Of a DNA stretch of 64,000 nt, positions 23,514 through 36,937 are shown piece after piece. Within the stretch, counting starts at the first letter, position 1, and each line of letters opens with the position of its first letter. Below the pieces are notes generated by a model. It saw only the letters and a program-made list of their open reading frames with translations, was not told the DNA's origin and ran no database searches. The stretch spans positions 1 to 64,000 of the forward strand of contig NW_026515670.1 of the NCBI RefSeq assembly GCF_025526975.1. Direction: 5' to 3'. The translations under genes and the position numbers were made by a program. This stretch comes from Fimicolochytrium jonesii. Lineage: Eukaryota.

Positions 23514-26500
23514 AGCAGAGAACGTGTCAGCGTCGGTGAGACCGAAACTTCTCCCAGCCAACAACATTTCGAGATGCTGGCAGGACATGCGGCCGATGCC
23601 CCGGCACCGTCTCGCCGGCGGCGACAGTCTTTGTACATGAGACTTCAAGCGGACGAGAAGGAAGGCGAGGAGGTTTCTGTGAGGTCCTTGTTGGATACGC
23701 TGAAGGTATGACGCTGATGCGGCATTTTCTGATTTGCACTTTACTTCGTGTCTTCCCCATGCGCTGGTCAGTCTAACCATCTTGCGCAACTTAGAGCCAA
23801 GTCCTGCTCGTGCTGACGAGGTAGGCCACTGAAAATGGGCACCGACCGACGGATCGCAGTGCCTTTTAGCTAAGGATCATGATTGTCTTCAGCTTCTACA
23901 AAGACTTCACGACTTCATATCAACATCGCATCGATTTGCGCGATGATATAGCATCTGTACGCGACCAGCTGGAGGAGATGGGGCCGCCTGAGAAGGTGAG
24001 CAGAAGCTGGCTCCAAAACTTGATGTTGTTGATAACTCATGTCTGTGAGCAGACTAACCTGCATGCAAAACGAGAAAACGAGCTGATGGGAGATACAATC
24101 ACATTCTTGGAGGCTCTGACGAAAGTGAGGACGCACTTGGTGGCCCAGTGTAAATCGTTGATGCCGATGTCCTAAACGGCCACTGTAGATACATGCAGAG
24201 ATTCAAGGCATGGATCAGCTTGTCGATACGGGCGAGTTTGTCAGCGCGGCCGACTCGATAGTAGAGATGGTAAGTTGTCCTGATGGTTGTTGGGTTTGGA
24301 TGACACTAATCCACAATTGCAAAGACCAGATTGCTGGAGACCGTTGATCGGTTCGCAAAAAGATGCGGTTGTCCGCCTGATATCGTGAAAGCAGTGAAGG
24401 TATGCCTGATGGACGTCCTTGTGTACTTTGACGTGGTAAACACAGGCTGAGCTGGCATACAGATGCAAGTCATCTCAAAAAGCTCACATCTTCAACAAAA
24501 GTTGCAAGAGCTGTTCGTAGCCGCCTTTGTCTTGACTAGTGGGGCCGATGGTTGCGAGTTGCGAGCTGCCACTCGCTTGCTCGGTAAGATGTTTTTCCAT
24601 TCAAATGTCCGTGTATGCTTGACTTATGCTCTTGTTAATTGACAGCTACAATTGGACAGAACTACTTCGACAGTCCAATAAAGTCATACGATGTCCTCGT
24701 GGCTATGGAGCGGATGGGCACTTTGGACTCTGCAATACGGCGGTTGTCGAAGCGGCTCATCTCAACGATTGTTACCCACATCATCAATCATCCATCCGAA
24801 GACATCAATGTGACGCGGACAAGGATAGCGTTGAGCATTCGGGTGGGATTCACGCCGAAATCTTTACATGAGGTAGACACTAAACATGATCGAAAAAGTA
24901 TGTGACTGGTTGGCGCCCCGGGTGGACGACAGGTTTCGCATCTGCAGTATCTAACTCTCTTCCATGCTTCTAGCCGTATCCAGAATACTAGCCAGCGTGC
25001 TGAAACTGGCCCAAGCACTGAAAGAGGACGTGTTGAGCGCTCCGCTTTCATCCGAGCACTCATATGATGCCTTTCGGGTGTTTGCCAAGATATGGGGGCA
25101 TGATTTATGCGACGAGCTGGTCCGTTCCTGCCTTACCAGGTCAATACCTGATAACCAGGCCGCATTTGATGAATATGCTACTTTGGTGGAGGATGTTCAG
25201 GGTTTTGATCAGGGAATGAGGAATCTAGGTGAGGAACCGATAATATCGCCAAGCTTTAACAGAGCGCAATTGGATCCAAGTTGATGGAGGAAATCATGGA
25301 TATCAATCAGGCTACTTTGAGGACGATAAGAACCCGCTCGTACAGTTTGTTGCTAAAATCCAGCGACACTATGCACATAAACAACGGTCCGAGCTTTTGG
25401 TTCTGGTACGAGACGTGCTAGAGAGTGATGATCGGAATACGGTCCAGGTTCCCGGCCCATTGGAGAAAGGTGCGTTAACAATATCGACATTGAGCGCGAC
25501 TCCAAGGGTCGATACAAAATGATTCGACACCATATAGGAGATATCTTTGCGACAACGTCCGAGACGAAGGCAGCCAAAGAACAAACAAGCGGTAGCAATC
25601 CGAACGGCAAAGGAGGCCAGAAAGATGGACTTGAGATTCCTGATATGGATTTCAAGTTCCCTACCTGCCACGTGAGCGTTCAAGCGCAGACAATCGTCGA
25701 GCTCGCAATCCAGACTCTCGAGGAGGTCACTGATGCGCCGGATGCTGCGTATGTGCTCAGAGGATACTTTTTGAAAGAGCTGAAAGTGCTTTTCGCTGAT
25801 TTCTACACTGCCTCAATTACAGCAAACTGAACGCCTTCTACTGCGCCCGAGATATCTTCGACGCTTATCGTGCCATTTTGCCCGTGCATCACGCCGACTC
25901 GCTCGAAAACGATCCGGGGAGGACCATGCTGTTCCACAACGACTGCGAGTACATATCCTTCCATCTGTTGATCCTGGGATACAGGTACCATAAGAACCTG
26001 CCGTACCCGTTGACGGAGATGGGGACCTTTGTGGATCTTGTGCCGAGCTTTAGGAAGATGGGCGAGGGGTATTTCAGGAACCAGATGGTATGTACAACAT
26101 CGGATAGTGACCGTCGCGGCTGAAGGACTAACCTGTGTTACTTTACTCCTCCACAAAACCAGCGAAAACAACGAGACATACTGCTTGCCAAAGTGGCCGA
26201 CGCGCAAGGATTCCACAACCTCGGCGACGACGAACGTTGTGAAACCGTTGAAGAAGCCATCAAGGCCACTCTGTACCATCTGCAAACGCTATCCAAAGCC
26301 TGGAAGGTGAGATGTCCTGCTTCCGTTCCCCCTGGCCCATTGCGACGGGCGAATCCGACACATATTCCGTCGCTAAAACAATGTCTGTTTCCAGCCAATC
26401 ATGGCCAGTCGTCTCTACTTCCAATCCATCGGCCTGCTCCTCAACGTCCTCCTGCACGGTCTCCTCAAAGAACTAGCCAAACTCTCATATCCCCAGTCTT

Positions 26501-27020
26501 CAACTTCACCATCATCAGCGGATACGAAAGCAAACGACGATGCTCCGGAGGTTGCGTGGACAAGACAGGAAGCCCATCAGCTGCGATACCTGCTATCGCT
26601 AATTGACAAGACCGAACAGTATTTTGAGACTGTTTCAGGGGCGGGGAAGGCGAAGACGGTTGAGAAGGTATGTGTTTGTCTGTCGGTAGACGAGGGAGCA
26701 TTGGGATCAAGACGATGGTCGTTACATCCGGGCTTTTGCACTCAATCGGTTCTCTGAATTTCAGGCGCCTATCCCGAAATACGTCCCGCTCTGGGAACCC
26801 ACCCGCGAGATTGTGCAGCTCTTGGACACGCAACCCGCGGCGACCGTGCTGCAACGCGTGACAGCAGCACTGCAGGCCGCGGGAGCGACGTTGGAAATGA
26901 GTTGAAGTGCATGTAACTGACATGTAGCAGACGTAGTATTAGGACTCCATGACAACCACACCCTTTGAGGTGTCGGGATTTCCGCCACTTCGCCCCTCCG
27001 AATCTGGGGACGTATCATAG
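23514..27020 (+). CDS. ZW10: ZW10/Dsl1-family kinetochore/tethering protein, many exons; both ends approximate
   Basis: FKFPTCHVSVQAQTIVELAIQTLEE, FYCARDIFD...HHADSLE...MLFHNDCEYISFHLL...TFVDLVPSFRKMGE match the ZW10 C-terminal region. Confidence 0.8.
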
Positions 27021-28667
27021 TAAATCAGTACGGCGTAGAGTTGCAGCGGATTCTCCTTGTCCCCACCAGCACGACAGGCCCATTCTCTTTTTCGTTCCAT
27101 GTCTTTCATAATCTTCCATGCCCATATGCCCGCCCCCCTGCGCGTACACGTCCTATCATCTCGTCCCCGTAAGAGATGTTTCATCCAGTCCATGCTTTTC
27201 CACCTTCCACTCAGTCACATCCGGGCGGGCGCTCTTTTCTGTTTCTCGCACACTTTTTCCCTACTTTGTGCTTCCCCCGGGGTTCTCTCACGATACGGAG
27301 TTCTCTCCGTCCTGTGTACATGTACAGCACGCCGCTGGGCGTATCTGCAAAATGCTAGGCCGCAGGATGAGCTGCTTCATCACTGCCGCCAGCAGATCGG
27401 GGGGTACAGGTAGGCGAGCCCTCCCGCTCGTGACAACCCACCCCGTATCCGGCGACTCGCCCTTTGCAGTGATGTGCGGGAAGCAATATCCGGCTTTGCT
27501 TCTTAGTCGCAGATCATCCGCGAGTTCCCCGCCTCCCTGTCTGGACTTCATGTTCGAAATCTCCCCCGTCAAGGAGCGGTAAGATCCATAAACCATTGCC
27601 CGTCATGACTGCCGACACCACCGTCACATCGGCAAGACCTGAAAATGCTCGCCCCACATTCGCGGTCATCATAGCCGGGTCTCTTCAGAAGCCGAATGCG
27701 CACGATCTCATTGCGCGATCGCGAGACCCGGCCTCTCACCGTTTCCCGGCGAGCTCAATGCGGCCGGGGGGATCAACTGCCCAAAACGGGCAAAAGGGGG
27801 CGCATCGATGGGTGCACGGACGCATCCTTTTCCTGCGATCCGCGCCAGGCGAGGCGGGCCTTTGAACCCTCATGTCGATGGCGATGGACAGACTGCTCGG
27901 CCCCGATGGGAGCGGGGGTGGCTACAGTACATCGCGGTGCGGATCTACCTGAATTCGGACGTGACGCGGGTGGAGAAACGCATCGTCATGCCTCAGGGAT
28001 CGACGGAGACGGTTGGCGTGGACTGCAGGCAGCGATCTGTCCAGATCTGTCCTTCAAACGAGCAGTTCGGTGGTGGTGAGTTTCTCAGAGTTGTTGGGAT
28101 GTGCGCCGCTTCCACGTGGGCTCACGTGGGCAAGGCGACTGGAGAACATGCTTGCAACGCGCCACATCCAGCCACGACTGCGCCCCCGTTGACTGAGCCG
28201 CAAGCAAAATGCGTTTCTTGGCGCATCCAACGAAAAGAAAATGAACAGACAACAACAACACGGCAAATATCGCCAAGATAGAAGCAGCAAAATGCGGCGG
28301 CCAGCAACAAAGTATTAAAAACTTGAACAGGAAAATCATCTATTCCGTTATATGCTTTTCTGATGAGGTTGGGCGGGGGGCTATAAGGAGGAAGGGATTA
28401 CAAAATTGCGGGATGTATAGTATGACAAGAATGTCGGGACCTCTATTCCCCCCTCCCCCAGAGGCATTTTCGCGGATTCTCAAAGTGTCTGCGTCGCTGA
28501 ACTACCCTAATACTAAAACGAGCCAAATGCGCGATGGATGTATGCTGGTGATGGGTGGTGGGTTGCGTAGGGTGGGGAATAAAGCGAGTGGTGAATACGC
28601 AGGCGAATGTGTGTGTGCGTGTGTGTGTGTGTGTGAAGGCGCTAATTGAAGTGAGGGGGGGTTTCGC

Positions 28668-29654
28668 TTAAATAGCTCCGATGAACGCAGCGAGGGCTCC
28701 AGCGATGATGGTGCCAATGCCGTAGAGGGCCTTGCCAGCGGAGGACTTGGCGTCGGCGGGGGTTGTGCCGGATGCGCCAGGGGCAGCAACACCTCCGGTT
28801 GTTCCGGTTGTGCCGGTGCCGGGGGTGACAGTCGCCTTCTTGGTGGGGCCGGTGGTGCCGACGGTGACGTTCTTGCCGTAAGGACCGTTGTCCTTGCAGG
28901 CGCGGATTAACCTCAGGTTGGTCATTTCCCAGACGGAGCCCTGGGGTGAGAAGCCGTTCAAAGTCCAGTCCTTCAAGTGGACAAAGTCGAAGGCTTTGCC
29001 GACGACGTTGGTCTTAAAGTCTACGAAGGGAATGATGACGGGACGGGTCGTGCCGTCGACGACGGTATAGTCGGTGATGGGGATGTAGGTGGAGTCGTCG
29101 GGTAATCGGGTCTGACAGTCGGCGCTCTTCTGGGTCAAGGTGAGGGTGAAGGTTCCGCCAGGGGGTCCCTTGAGGTCGAACGCGACGGCGAAGAAGTTGG
29201 TCAGGTCAAAGCATGCTCCCCAGTCGAACTTGGCAAAGAAGAAGTTGGTCTCGCCCTTCGCGTTCTTGAGTTCCGTCGATGTGATGTGGTTGATGCCGGT
29301 AGCGGTGTCGATGGTGAAGTTCAGGGACTTGGTCGGGTCTGGTCCTTGACCGTAGTCGCCCCCCAACAAGTTCAAGTAGCGGAGAGGGGCCGTCTCTCCA
29401 GGAAGGGTGGTGTAGTTGGACTTCTTGAAGTCGTCGACGAGAACATCGGCACCGCACTCGACATGGGGGATAACGGTGTGGGGTACGACGATTGGGGCAG
29501 CTGGGGCAGCTGGGGCAGCCGGGGCAGCCGAGGAGGCGGCGGGAGCAGCAGCGGAGCTTGTTGCGGCGGGAGCAGCAGCCGAGCTGCTTGGGTCCTGAGC
29601 AAAGACGGACGAAGCCGCGACGACGAGGAGGGAGGTAGCGAATGCGATACGCAT
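28668..29654 (-). CDS. Secreted, probably GPI-anchored protein with a beta-rich (possibly carbohydrate-binding-like) domain
   Basis: Signal peptide MRIAFATSLLVVAASSVFA, Ala/Pro/Ser linker, Cys-containing globular domain, T/G tail, SSA then a hydrophobic C-terminus. TATATAAA on the minus strand near 29750. Confidence 0.8.
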   Translation of the reverse strand: MRIAFATSLLVVAASSVFAQDPSSSAAAPAATSSAAAPAASSAAPAAPAAPAAPIVVPHTVIPHVECGADVLVDDFKKSNYTTLPGETAPLRYLNLLGGDYGQGPDPTKSLNFTIDTATGINHITSTELKNAKGETNFFFAKFDWGACFDLTNFFAVAFDLKGPPGGTFTLTLTQKSADCQTRLPDDSTYIPITDYTVVDGTTRPVIIPFVDFKTNVVGKAFDFVHLKDWTLNGFSPQGSVWEMTNLRLIRACKDNGPYGKNVTVGTTGPTKKATVTPGTGTTGTTGGVAAPGASGTTPADAKSSAGKALYGIGTIIAGALAAFIGAI

Positions 29655-31231
29655 GGTGATGGGATTTCTGTCTGTGTTATGAGGGAGTGGGCAAGAAATC
29701 TGCTGTTCTAGAGTAGGACGACGACGACGAAAGGTGGGCCACCTGGAGTTTATATACGAAAGCGTCGAAAGGAGGGGCAGACGAGGGGGGCGCACGCACG
29801 GCGGGAGGCTTTCTTTATACACGCGTTGCTAGTCCTATTATAGCAGCCGCTGCCCCGAAATAGCAGGCGCTGGGAGGGCGGGCTTTTTTTCACACTCCTA
29901 CAGCTCTATTACCATTCTCGCCCTCCGAGCGTGAGGCTTCCCCTTCGATACCACCCGGATCCCAAACTGTGGTTGACCCTCGCCTGGGCGTCGGAGAATA
30001 TTCGCCCCACGGCTCGGATCCGCCATCCCAGAAAAAAAGCACTCTGAATCCAGCCCCCTACAAGAACAACCCTCAGAGCGAATTTGAAGAGCACAATCCG
30101 GTCACACCCCCATTACTACTTCCCTTTGAAGATTCCCGGTTGAGATATGGATCTCAAGACACGCGGACGGCCGCTCCCCATGTAGTGCCGATCAGCAAGT
30201 GACGGGCTGGGGGGTGCGGATGATCACCTCTGGGCAGCGAGCGCAACACGGAGGTAAGTTTCTTCCTCCATTTTATTGGATGTTGTTCGCCGTGGAGACC
30301 CATCAACGCAAATTTTGGCCTGCCAGCGGGTTGGCCCAATGGGAACGTGGGAGTGCGGAGGCTGGTTGGGGCTGTCGGAGTTATGCACACAATAATGCAA
30401 GATTCCCAGGATCGTGAGTTGGGCGTGCGTTGGGGTTGGAACTTGGACCCGTTGGCGCCGGAAGCCAAGCCACACTTATTTCTCACGGCCACGAGAACGG
30501 CAAGGACCTCTTGAAACGCATTATCATGGACTGATTCAACTTGTCCAAGGATAAATTGAAAGAGGCGGGCACGGAGAGCGGGGGGGCCCGAACGCGAAAA
30601 TTCTTGAAACAGAGGGGGTGTGGACATAGAGCGGTCGATCGGCAGAACTGTCAGCATCAATAATAAATGTGGCAGGGCCGGCCGCCGGAGTGGGAGTACC
30701 GATATTCGAAGTTCGATCCCATCCCAACTGGCAATGCATGGCAACCGAACCAGTACCATTCTTATTGTTGTGAGAGGCGCGCTGCGAGGTTGTTTAGCGA
30801 TCACACAGTATGCGCCGTCGGAGGCTCCCTGGAGCTTCAAGTTTAATGAAGTGCAAGACCGAGCATCCAGCAAAATTCCATCCCGGCGATATCGATTGGG
30901 CAGATCGATGAGTTTGCGCGAGCAACATCCATCTTCCATCGTGACGCCCGCCGAAATCTGCTGAGTCGTAGCGATACACTATGTCGCGAATGCCTCTGTA
31001 GTATTCTATCCAAACAATGGTATCTTCCGTCTGTACATGGAAGGGGTTGCCGGGCGATACATCCGAGCTATACATACGTATACGGTGTATTCGGCGGTGT
31101 AACCTTTTTATCCCCCTGTGAACATCGCAGTAGCCCTACAGCTGTGCGACTATTCCGGCGCTCCTCAACGACGAATGTCCGTCAACTCGCCCGTTTTCCC
31201 ACGCCTCTGCTCTGCACCACCACCCCTCAGC

Positions 31232-31555
31232 TTACTTCTTCAAATCCTTGGGCTCGGTCGGCACCCACCCGCCCTCAACCCCCCTCCACTCCGTCAACTC
31301 AAACGCGACCAACCACGGCTTCACAATCTCATCCTGCTCCTTGAAAAACGGGTTGGCGATATGCACTCCCTTCGCGGCCTCATCCGCAAACATCTCGACG
31401 ATCATGAAGGATGTGGGGTCGGACGCGCTCTGGTGGACCGTCCACGAGAGCGTGCCCGCGTCGCGCATGTAGGTTTGCGAGGCGAGGGCGAGGCGGTAGC
31501 TGAGGGAGGCGATGTGCGCGGGGGTGGTGCGGAGGTTGACGTGGATTGTTATCAT
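31232..31555 (-). CDS. ABM (antibiotic biosynthesis monooxygenase)-like dimeric alpha-beta barrel protein
   Basis: 107 aa; DAGTLSWTVHQSASDPTSFMIVEMFADEAAKGVHIANPFF fits the ABM pattern. Confidence 0.75.
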   Translation of the reverse strand: MITIHVNLRTTPAHIASLSYRLALASQTYMRDAGTLSWTVHQSASDPTSFMIVEMFADEAAKGVHIANPFFKEQDEIVKPWLVAFELTEWRGVEGGWVPTEPKDLKK

Positions 31556-32619
31556 TTTTTTTTTGGGCCTTGAGCGCGGGTTGGAGGTGGTGGGTGGTTC
31601 GGGTAGAGGGGAAGGATGTATCGGTTTTGCGGGAGCTGTCTGTCTGCTGGTTTTCCTTGTCCTTTTGGGTGCAGGAAGGAGGGACGGCCTCGCTCAAGCT
31701 GGCATGCTGTATGTATGCCCAGCGCCCCGCCAGCAGCCCAGTTCACCAGTCCACGGGGGGGTTATTATACCAGTCCACCCAACTCCGCACTGTTTTGTCA
31801 GCGGCGCGCGTCTCTCTCAGTCTGCCGCGTTTGATGATCAGAGGCGGGCGCTTCCGTGGTTCGAATATATGCACCTCCGCTGGTCCGCCTGTCCTCCGTC
31901 GATGGGCGTAACCGTTGGGACGGAGTACCCGCCCCAGCCGCCGGCGGAGCACATCCTTGTAGTTCCCAGGAAGCTTCCAACACGAAGAATCCGCAAAAGA
32001 CAGCACAAAAACACCGAAGCAACGATGGTGCGGTATGGACCGAAGCAGTGTAGACATCCGGACCTACCTGATGGCATGAAGGGGTGGGTGCTTGACATCG
32101 TGCAGCTGTCGCATTTCTCTGCGAAACAGCTCTGTCCAGGGTCCTTTCGTCATTAGCGTGAAAAGACCTCCGTATCGGCCAATTCCCAGACCCAGAGAGC
32201 AGCCGACATGAGATGCTCATCTCCGGGACAAGAGCGGTGTCTGTGTGAAATGAGCAGTCATGCGTCTACATCCACTACGCACGGGAGAACCGGAGACCCA
32301 CTGCTCCCAGCAGCCGGTTCTATGACCTTGGAGAGTGATGAGAGCAACACCCGCCTGCTGTGTGGTAGTAATATGTGTCCTGCGAGCGGGTGGTTGCCGC
32401 ATGTGGTACGGGATAATTTACGGGCGGCGAACCTTCGCGTCTGAGAAGAACAGACCCAGACCGTCCATGCGAGAACGCCGCCTGGGAAAAGAATCCCTGC
32501 TCAGCCATTGGCGGAGCTCTCTTGCGATTTCAAACATACACTCCAGTCAGCTTCGTCACCGTCTTTCTTTCCGTCTCGTATCGTGCAAGCCCTCTCAATA
32601 ACCCCACCACCACCAGAGG

Positions 32620-33760
32620 ATGGACACAATCTACATCGAAAAAGGCCGCGCACATCACCTCGACCTTCCCAGTCCCGCTCCCCAACTCCACCCCCTCCAC
32701 ACCGCAGCCCTCCAACAGCAACACCAACTCATCCAGCAAGGACAGCACCCCCACTCGGCTCCCCTACTTTCCCCTGCGACTCCCGCTGCGACCGCGAACA
32801 TGGCCGGCGCAATCGTTAACGAGTATGCCCCGCACTTGGCCATGGACGAGTCGCCGGCGAGCGTCAATGCTTTGAAGTATTGCTATAGGGCGGTTCTCAG
32901 GCCGGGTGACCATTTGAATGTTTTTGCGGCGGCTCAGGAGGCGAAGGATGAGGTTCATGTGAGTATCTTAGCGAGCCTCAGCGAGGGAAGCGAGCACCAC
33001 ATTGCGGCAAAGGCGCAATACTCCCCCTCACCCACGCCCAGAATTCGGAAATCAGAAATCAGAATTCCCACGTCCATTCTCCAACATTTTTCCATGGTGG
33101 TGGTTGATGATGGTTGATGGTTGCTGGGTGGCTCGATGAAAGATGTTGATGCCAAACTCAAACTCCATCTCTTATTTACACCCACAGCTGATCAAACGGC
33201 TAAGCAGTCTAATCAACGCCGTGAAAGAATCCTTCCCACATCTCCACCACACCGTCCGCGTCTCCCTCCACGTCGCCGCCCTCCCCACCTCCCAATCCTC
33301 CACCGCCACCTTCTCTACCACCAACCTCGTCAACACCCTCACCTCCCTCGCCTCCTCCACAACCGCCGCGCTCTCCCCATCTTCCTCCTCTACGGACCTG
33401 CCCCTCCACACAACGCGTACCCAGACTCCACCGCCTGTCCGAACATCTTCCACCCGCTCGTCTCCGTCCCGATCATCGAGCCCGCCCCCGTCGTATGCGT
33501 CCCCGGCCGGCACACTGATCTTGCAGTACATCAAGCGACACAATGTGAAGCATCTGATCATCGGCACCGGCGAGCAGCCCAAGGTGCATTATGTGATGCC
33601 CTCGGGACCGTGGTCCGTTACTAGCGCCGTGTGCTTTGGGAGCGTTGCTGGGTTTGTCGTGGAGAATGCGCCGACGGATGTTATGGTTGTCGCCGTGAGA
33701 CATGCGAAGGAGCGGAAGAGGGTTGTGAGGCAGAGGGAGTTCGATGATGACGAGATTTAA
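32620..33760 (+). CDS. Universal stress protein (USP)-domain protein, 2 exons
   Basis: LAMDESPASVNAL...HLIIGT...FGSVAGFVVENAPTDVMVV. In-phase intron at 32959-33187; Ser/Thr insertion inside the domain. Confidence 0.75.
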
Positions 33761-36483
33761 GATTGGGGTGTCGTCTTGTCTGTCGCGCATGACGCATAAC
33801 GAAAGGAAGAAATGGAACGAAAGTGATGGGTCGGATATGCAGATCAGGGTGCAGTGTATCGGCTCGAGGAGCCGACTCGTCTTGGGCGAGCCCGTTCATT
33901 AGATAGTCCATCCCCAGATTTCCACCCTTCCGCCGAGACGACCTTGCCCACCTAGTAATTATTCATTTGCGAAGTATCGCAACCGTTGCCGAATGTAGCA
34001 AATTACGAGTGTATCGTCTTTGAATGGGAGTCCGAATGATAGTCTTCCAGTGATGTTGATCATCCCCTGCATGTATTCGCAATACAATCAATGCAACCAA
34101 CATCCCACGAAAAAAAACTCGTCTATGTTCGCTTTGCATATTGAATCTCTACGCCGTTGGCCTTGACACCAGACGATGTACGGTATTGATTCTCTCATGT
34201 TGCATAGATACAGTTGGAGCAGCCCATTGGCATGAAATGTTCTAGATTGGCTGGTTGCCCGGCATCCAAAGGGGTGGCGGACACTTGGCAAAGCGCCGCG
34301 GTTGTCAATGTCCTCTGTTTTTTGGTTTTCCCTATAATATATAACCCCCTCTGCGTCCCAAACCGACGCCAAAGGCTGCATCTCACCAGCAAATATGCGA
34401 GCAAAAGACCGACGAACATCCAAATGGGGATATTTGGCTCGTTGTTGCTTTCCACACGGTAGCATTCCGGTCCCATGCTCGGTGCTCGTTTTTTCTGCTG
34501 CCCGACAATGGCCGCATACATACTGTACATGTGTGCGTGGATGTGCAGGGACGTCCGAAATCGGACTTCGCTCCGTGAAAGTGCGCTCAGTCAGCAATGA
34601 ACGACCGACGCGCACAGTTCGCGTTTGGCAGACATCACCGATCGCGTGCATCAAGCTCCTGTAGATTTGTCTTCTTCGCCGGGACCAACCAAGTGGATGG
34701 TGAAGGTGAAGCCGTTCAAGGAAAATTAGGATAGGATGTCACGGGCAGGACACGGAACGGAGTGTGTGGCAGGGTGAAGCCGCCGTTCGCACTACGGGGC
34801 TGATACGGGGCCGTCAACGTCCCAACGTGGATTATAGCACGTACCTGGCGATGAGATCTCACGCCTCGCACGTTTCCGCCACAGGCCGGAAGGGTGTGGT
34901 GTATGATCCCCGAGCTGGTTTACAAGTATGTCTGTCTTCGAACGTCCTTTTGCACCTGTCTAGACTCTCCACAGCCTCCGTCCCGGAGGCTACTTCCCTC
35001 TGCCCCGTCATATGCTCTTGCCCTCCCGCTGCCTCACCAGTGTTCCACTACGTGAGACTGTGAGAACGGTAAACCCGTTTGCATGTTGGCCGCCGCCACT
35101 CCCTAAATTCAAACCCCCAACAAAATCAGCGCTATCGATCCCGTGTCGTTCCAAATCTCTCAGTTCCTATATTTCAGCGCGACGCTTTAAACGGCGACGG
35201 ATTGCACTGCAAGCTCCTGACATACCCGAACCCTGCGATGAAGCACAACCAACCTGGCGACCGGTCGAATGAGCAACGCACGCAGTCCATATGTCGAAAA
35301 CAGACACTGGTTCCAGTGGCGCCAGGGGTGTATGTATCTATCCTTTCCTCGGTTCCATCGAAGTGATTCAAACTCGATGACTCTCTTCCAATCCACGGAT
35401 GCGCACTAAATATCCCGGGAAGGGTAGTGAGCAGGAATCCTGCGACGATGAGAAACTCCTCCCTCCCTCGCCGGATATCGATGCGCTTCGACTTTCAACC
35501 GCCAACTCTCTGTCGCGGGAACGCCGGCGCTGAAGTCGCGGCTATACCAACGTGAACCATCTCGGCCTGCATGGAGTATTTGGAATCCTCCAGGGTCTAT
35601 TCCAACTGTTTTCTGCTCAAGTCTAGCCCGTAACACCCTCTTGACCAACCGTTCGGACCATTTCGTGTTGTTTATCGACAACCTGCCCCGGAATAAGATC
35701 CACGATCCGTCGCGCACAGGCATCCTCGTCAGCGGGTCTGTCGATGTGAAGCTTTGTTTCATCGACGGCGGCTTTTCCGGAGTCGGTTTGATTGGGTGCC
35801 GTGATAGATCCTGCGGGTTGGACGAGCTTGGACATTTGGTGATCTGGTTGTGGTGTTTCCGCGTGTAGTTCGCTTCTTTGAAGTCCGGTGGGGTGCGTCG
35901 TCGAGGCGAGTGAGTTTGAGTGCTTCGTTGTTGCATGACGGAGAGGAGAGTCGTCCTCTTATGAGAGCATAGTGTCGTACCTTTGTCTTTTTCGATAATT
36001 CGGAGAGTAGATCCTGTCAAAATGTTGCCCAATTCGATTTCGAGAAAGTCGGAGTGTGGTAAATAACCCACGCCGGCGCGTGATGCAACAAGCAAACTCC
36101 GCCCACGCGTTTTTGATGAGGGCTTGATGGACGAGCGCCTCGGCGGCAGCCCTCCAACAGAACAAATCTGATGATCAATCCAACTTGCCGTTACATATCC
36201 AGCTACTAAACTCTACGGTTGGATCTACGCGGGCCTAACGCTCCTTCTGCAGTACAAATACATCACACCGCATCAGGAGTTTTTCAAGTACTATACTAAG
36301 GAAATGGGATCTAGATACGCCTGCCGCAAGTGCATGGAAATCGAAGGGGTGCCGTGCGATGAACGGAAAACTCCCAGGCAATCGCAAACCTTCACCCCAC
36401 GCTGTGTGCCCACTCTCGATATCTTGTGCCACCCAGAGAGACGAGCTTTGAGCCCCGAAAATCGCTACAAGTGCGGCCCCACA

Positions 36484-36937
36484 CTACCAGCTCTGCCGCT
36501 GATTCGGACACTCATCCAGCAAGATCCCCAACCCCCCTCCCTCGTCGCCCACAGGTACACCTTCAGCCCCTGCCACGTCTCCTCCGAGCGGACCTTCTCC
36601 CACAGCCGGGTATAACTGGCCGAGCCATGTTCCTGGGAGACATTCATCTGAATCGTGCGCATCTGGTCGTAGAGCGCGAGCGGGAACCCGAAACCGGCCC
36701 TTTGCACCTTGACCATGAAGCGGTTGGAGCCGTGCACGTTTTTGGGGATGGCGGTGTTGGAGTAGTTGTGGCTGCCCATGGAGGTGACCTTGCCAGCAAA
36801 CATCTTGGGAGCAACGCCAAGAGCGATATACGGACTGAGTTCCCGTCTGATGCTGGTTGTGCTGCTTTCGAATCGGATGGCTTTGTGATTGCCACGGCTT
36901 TGGTGGCGGGTGTACAGACGAGCTTATGCGTTGGCCA
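36484..36937 (-). pseudogene. 5'-truncated, frameshifted MYND-finger gene remnant
   Basis: WPTHKLVC (end of a MYND finger) at 36937-36914, then PKNVHGSNRFMVKVQ...LYDQMR...GLKVYLWATR, resembling the C-terminal region of fungal MYND proteins. Frame changes near 36805 and in the G-run at 36532-36537. Confidence 0.6.

Noticed and set aside
23860..23880. U2 snRNA-like GCCTTTTAGCTAAGGATCA
   Set aside because: Short match with no U2 branch-pairing or Sm site; explained as an intron branch region of ZW10.
30154..30939. 261-aa minus-strand ORF
   Set aside because: No recognisable motif or coding-like composition; lies in an upstream regulatory region.
35406..36095. 229-aa minus-strand ORF
   Set aside because: No family recognised and no convincing start; a decayed gene cannot be excluded.
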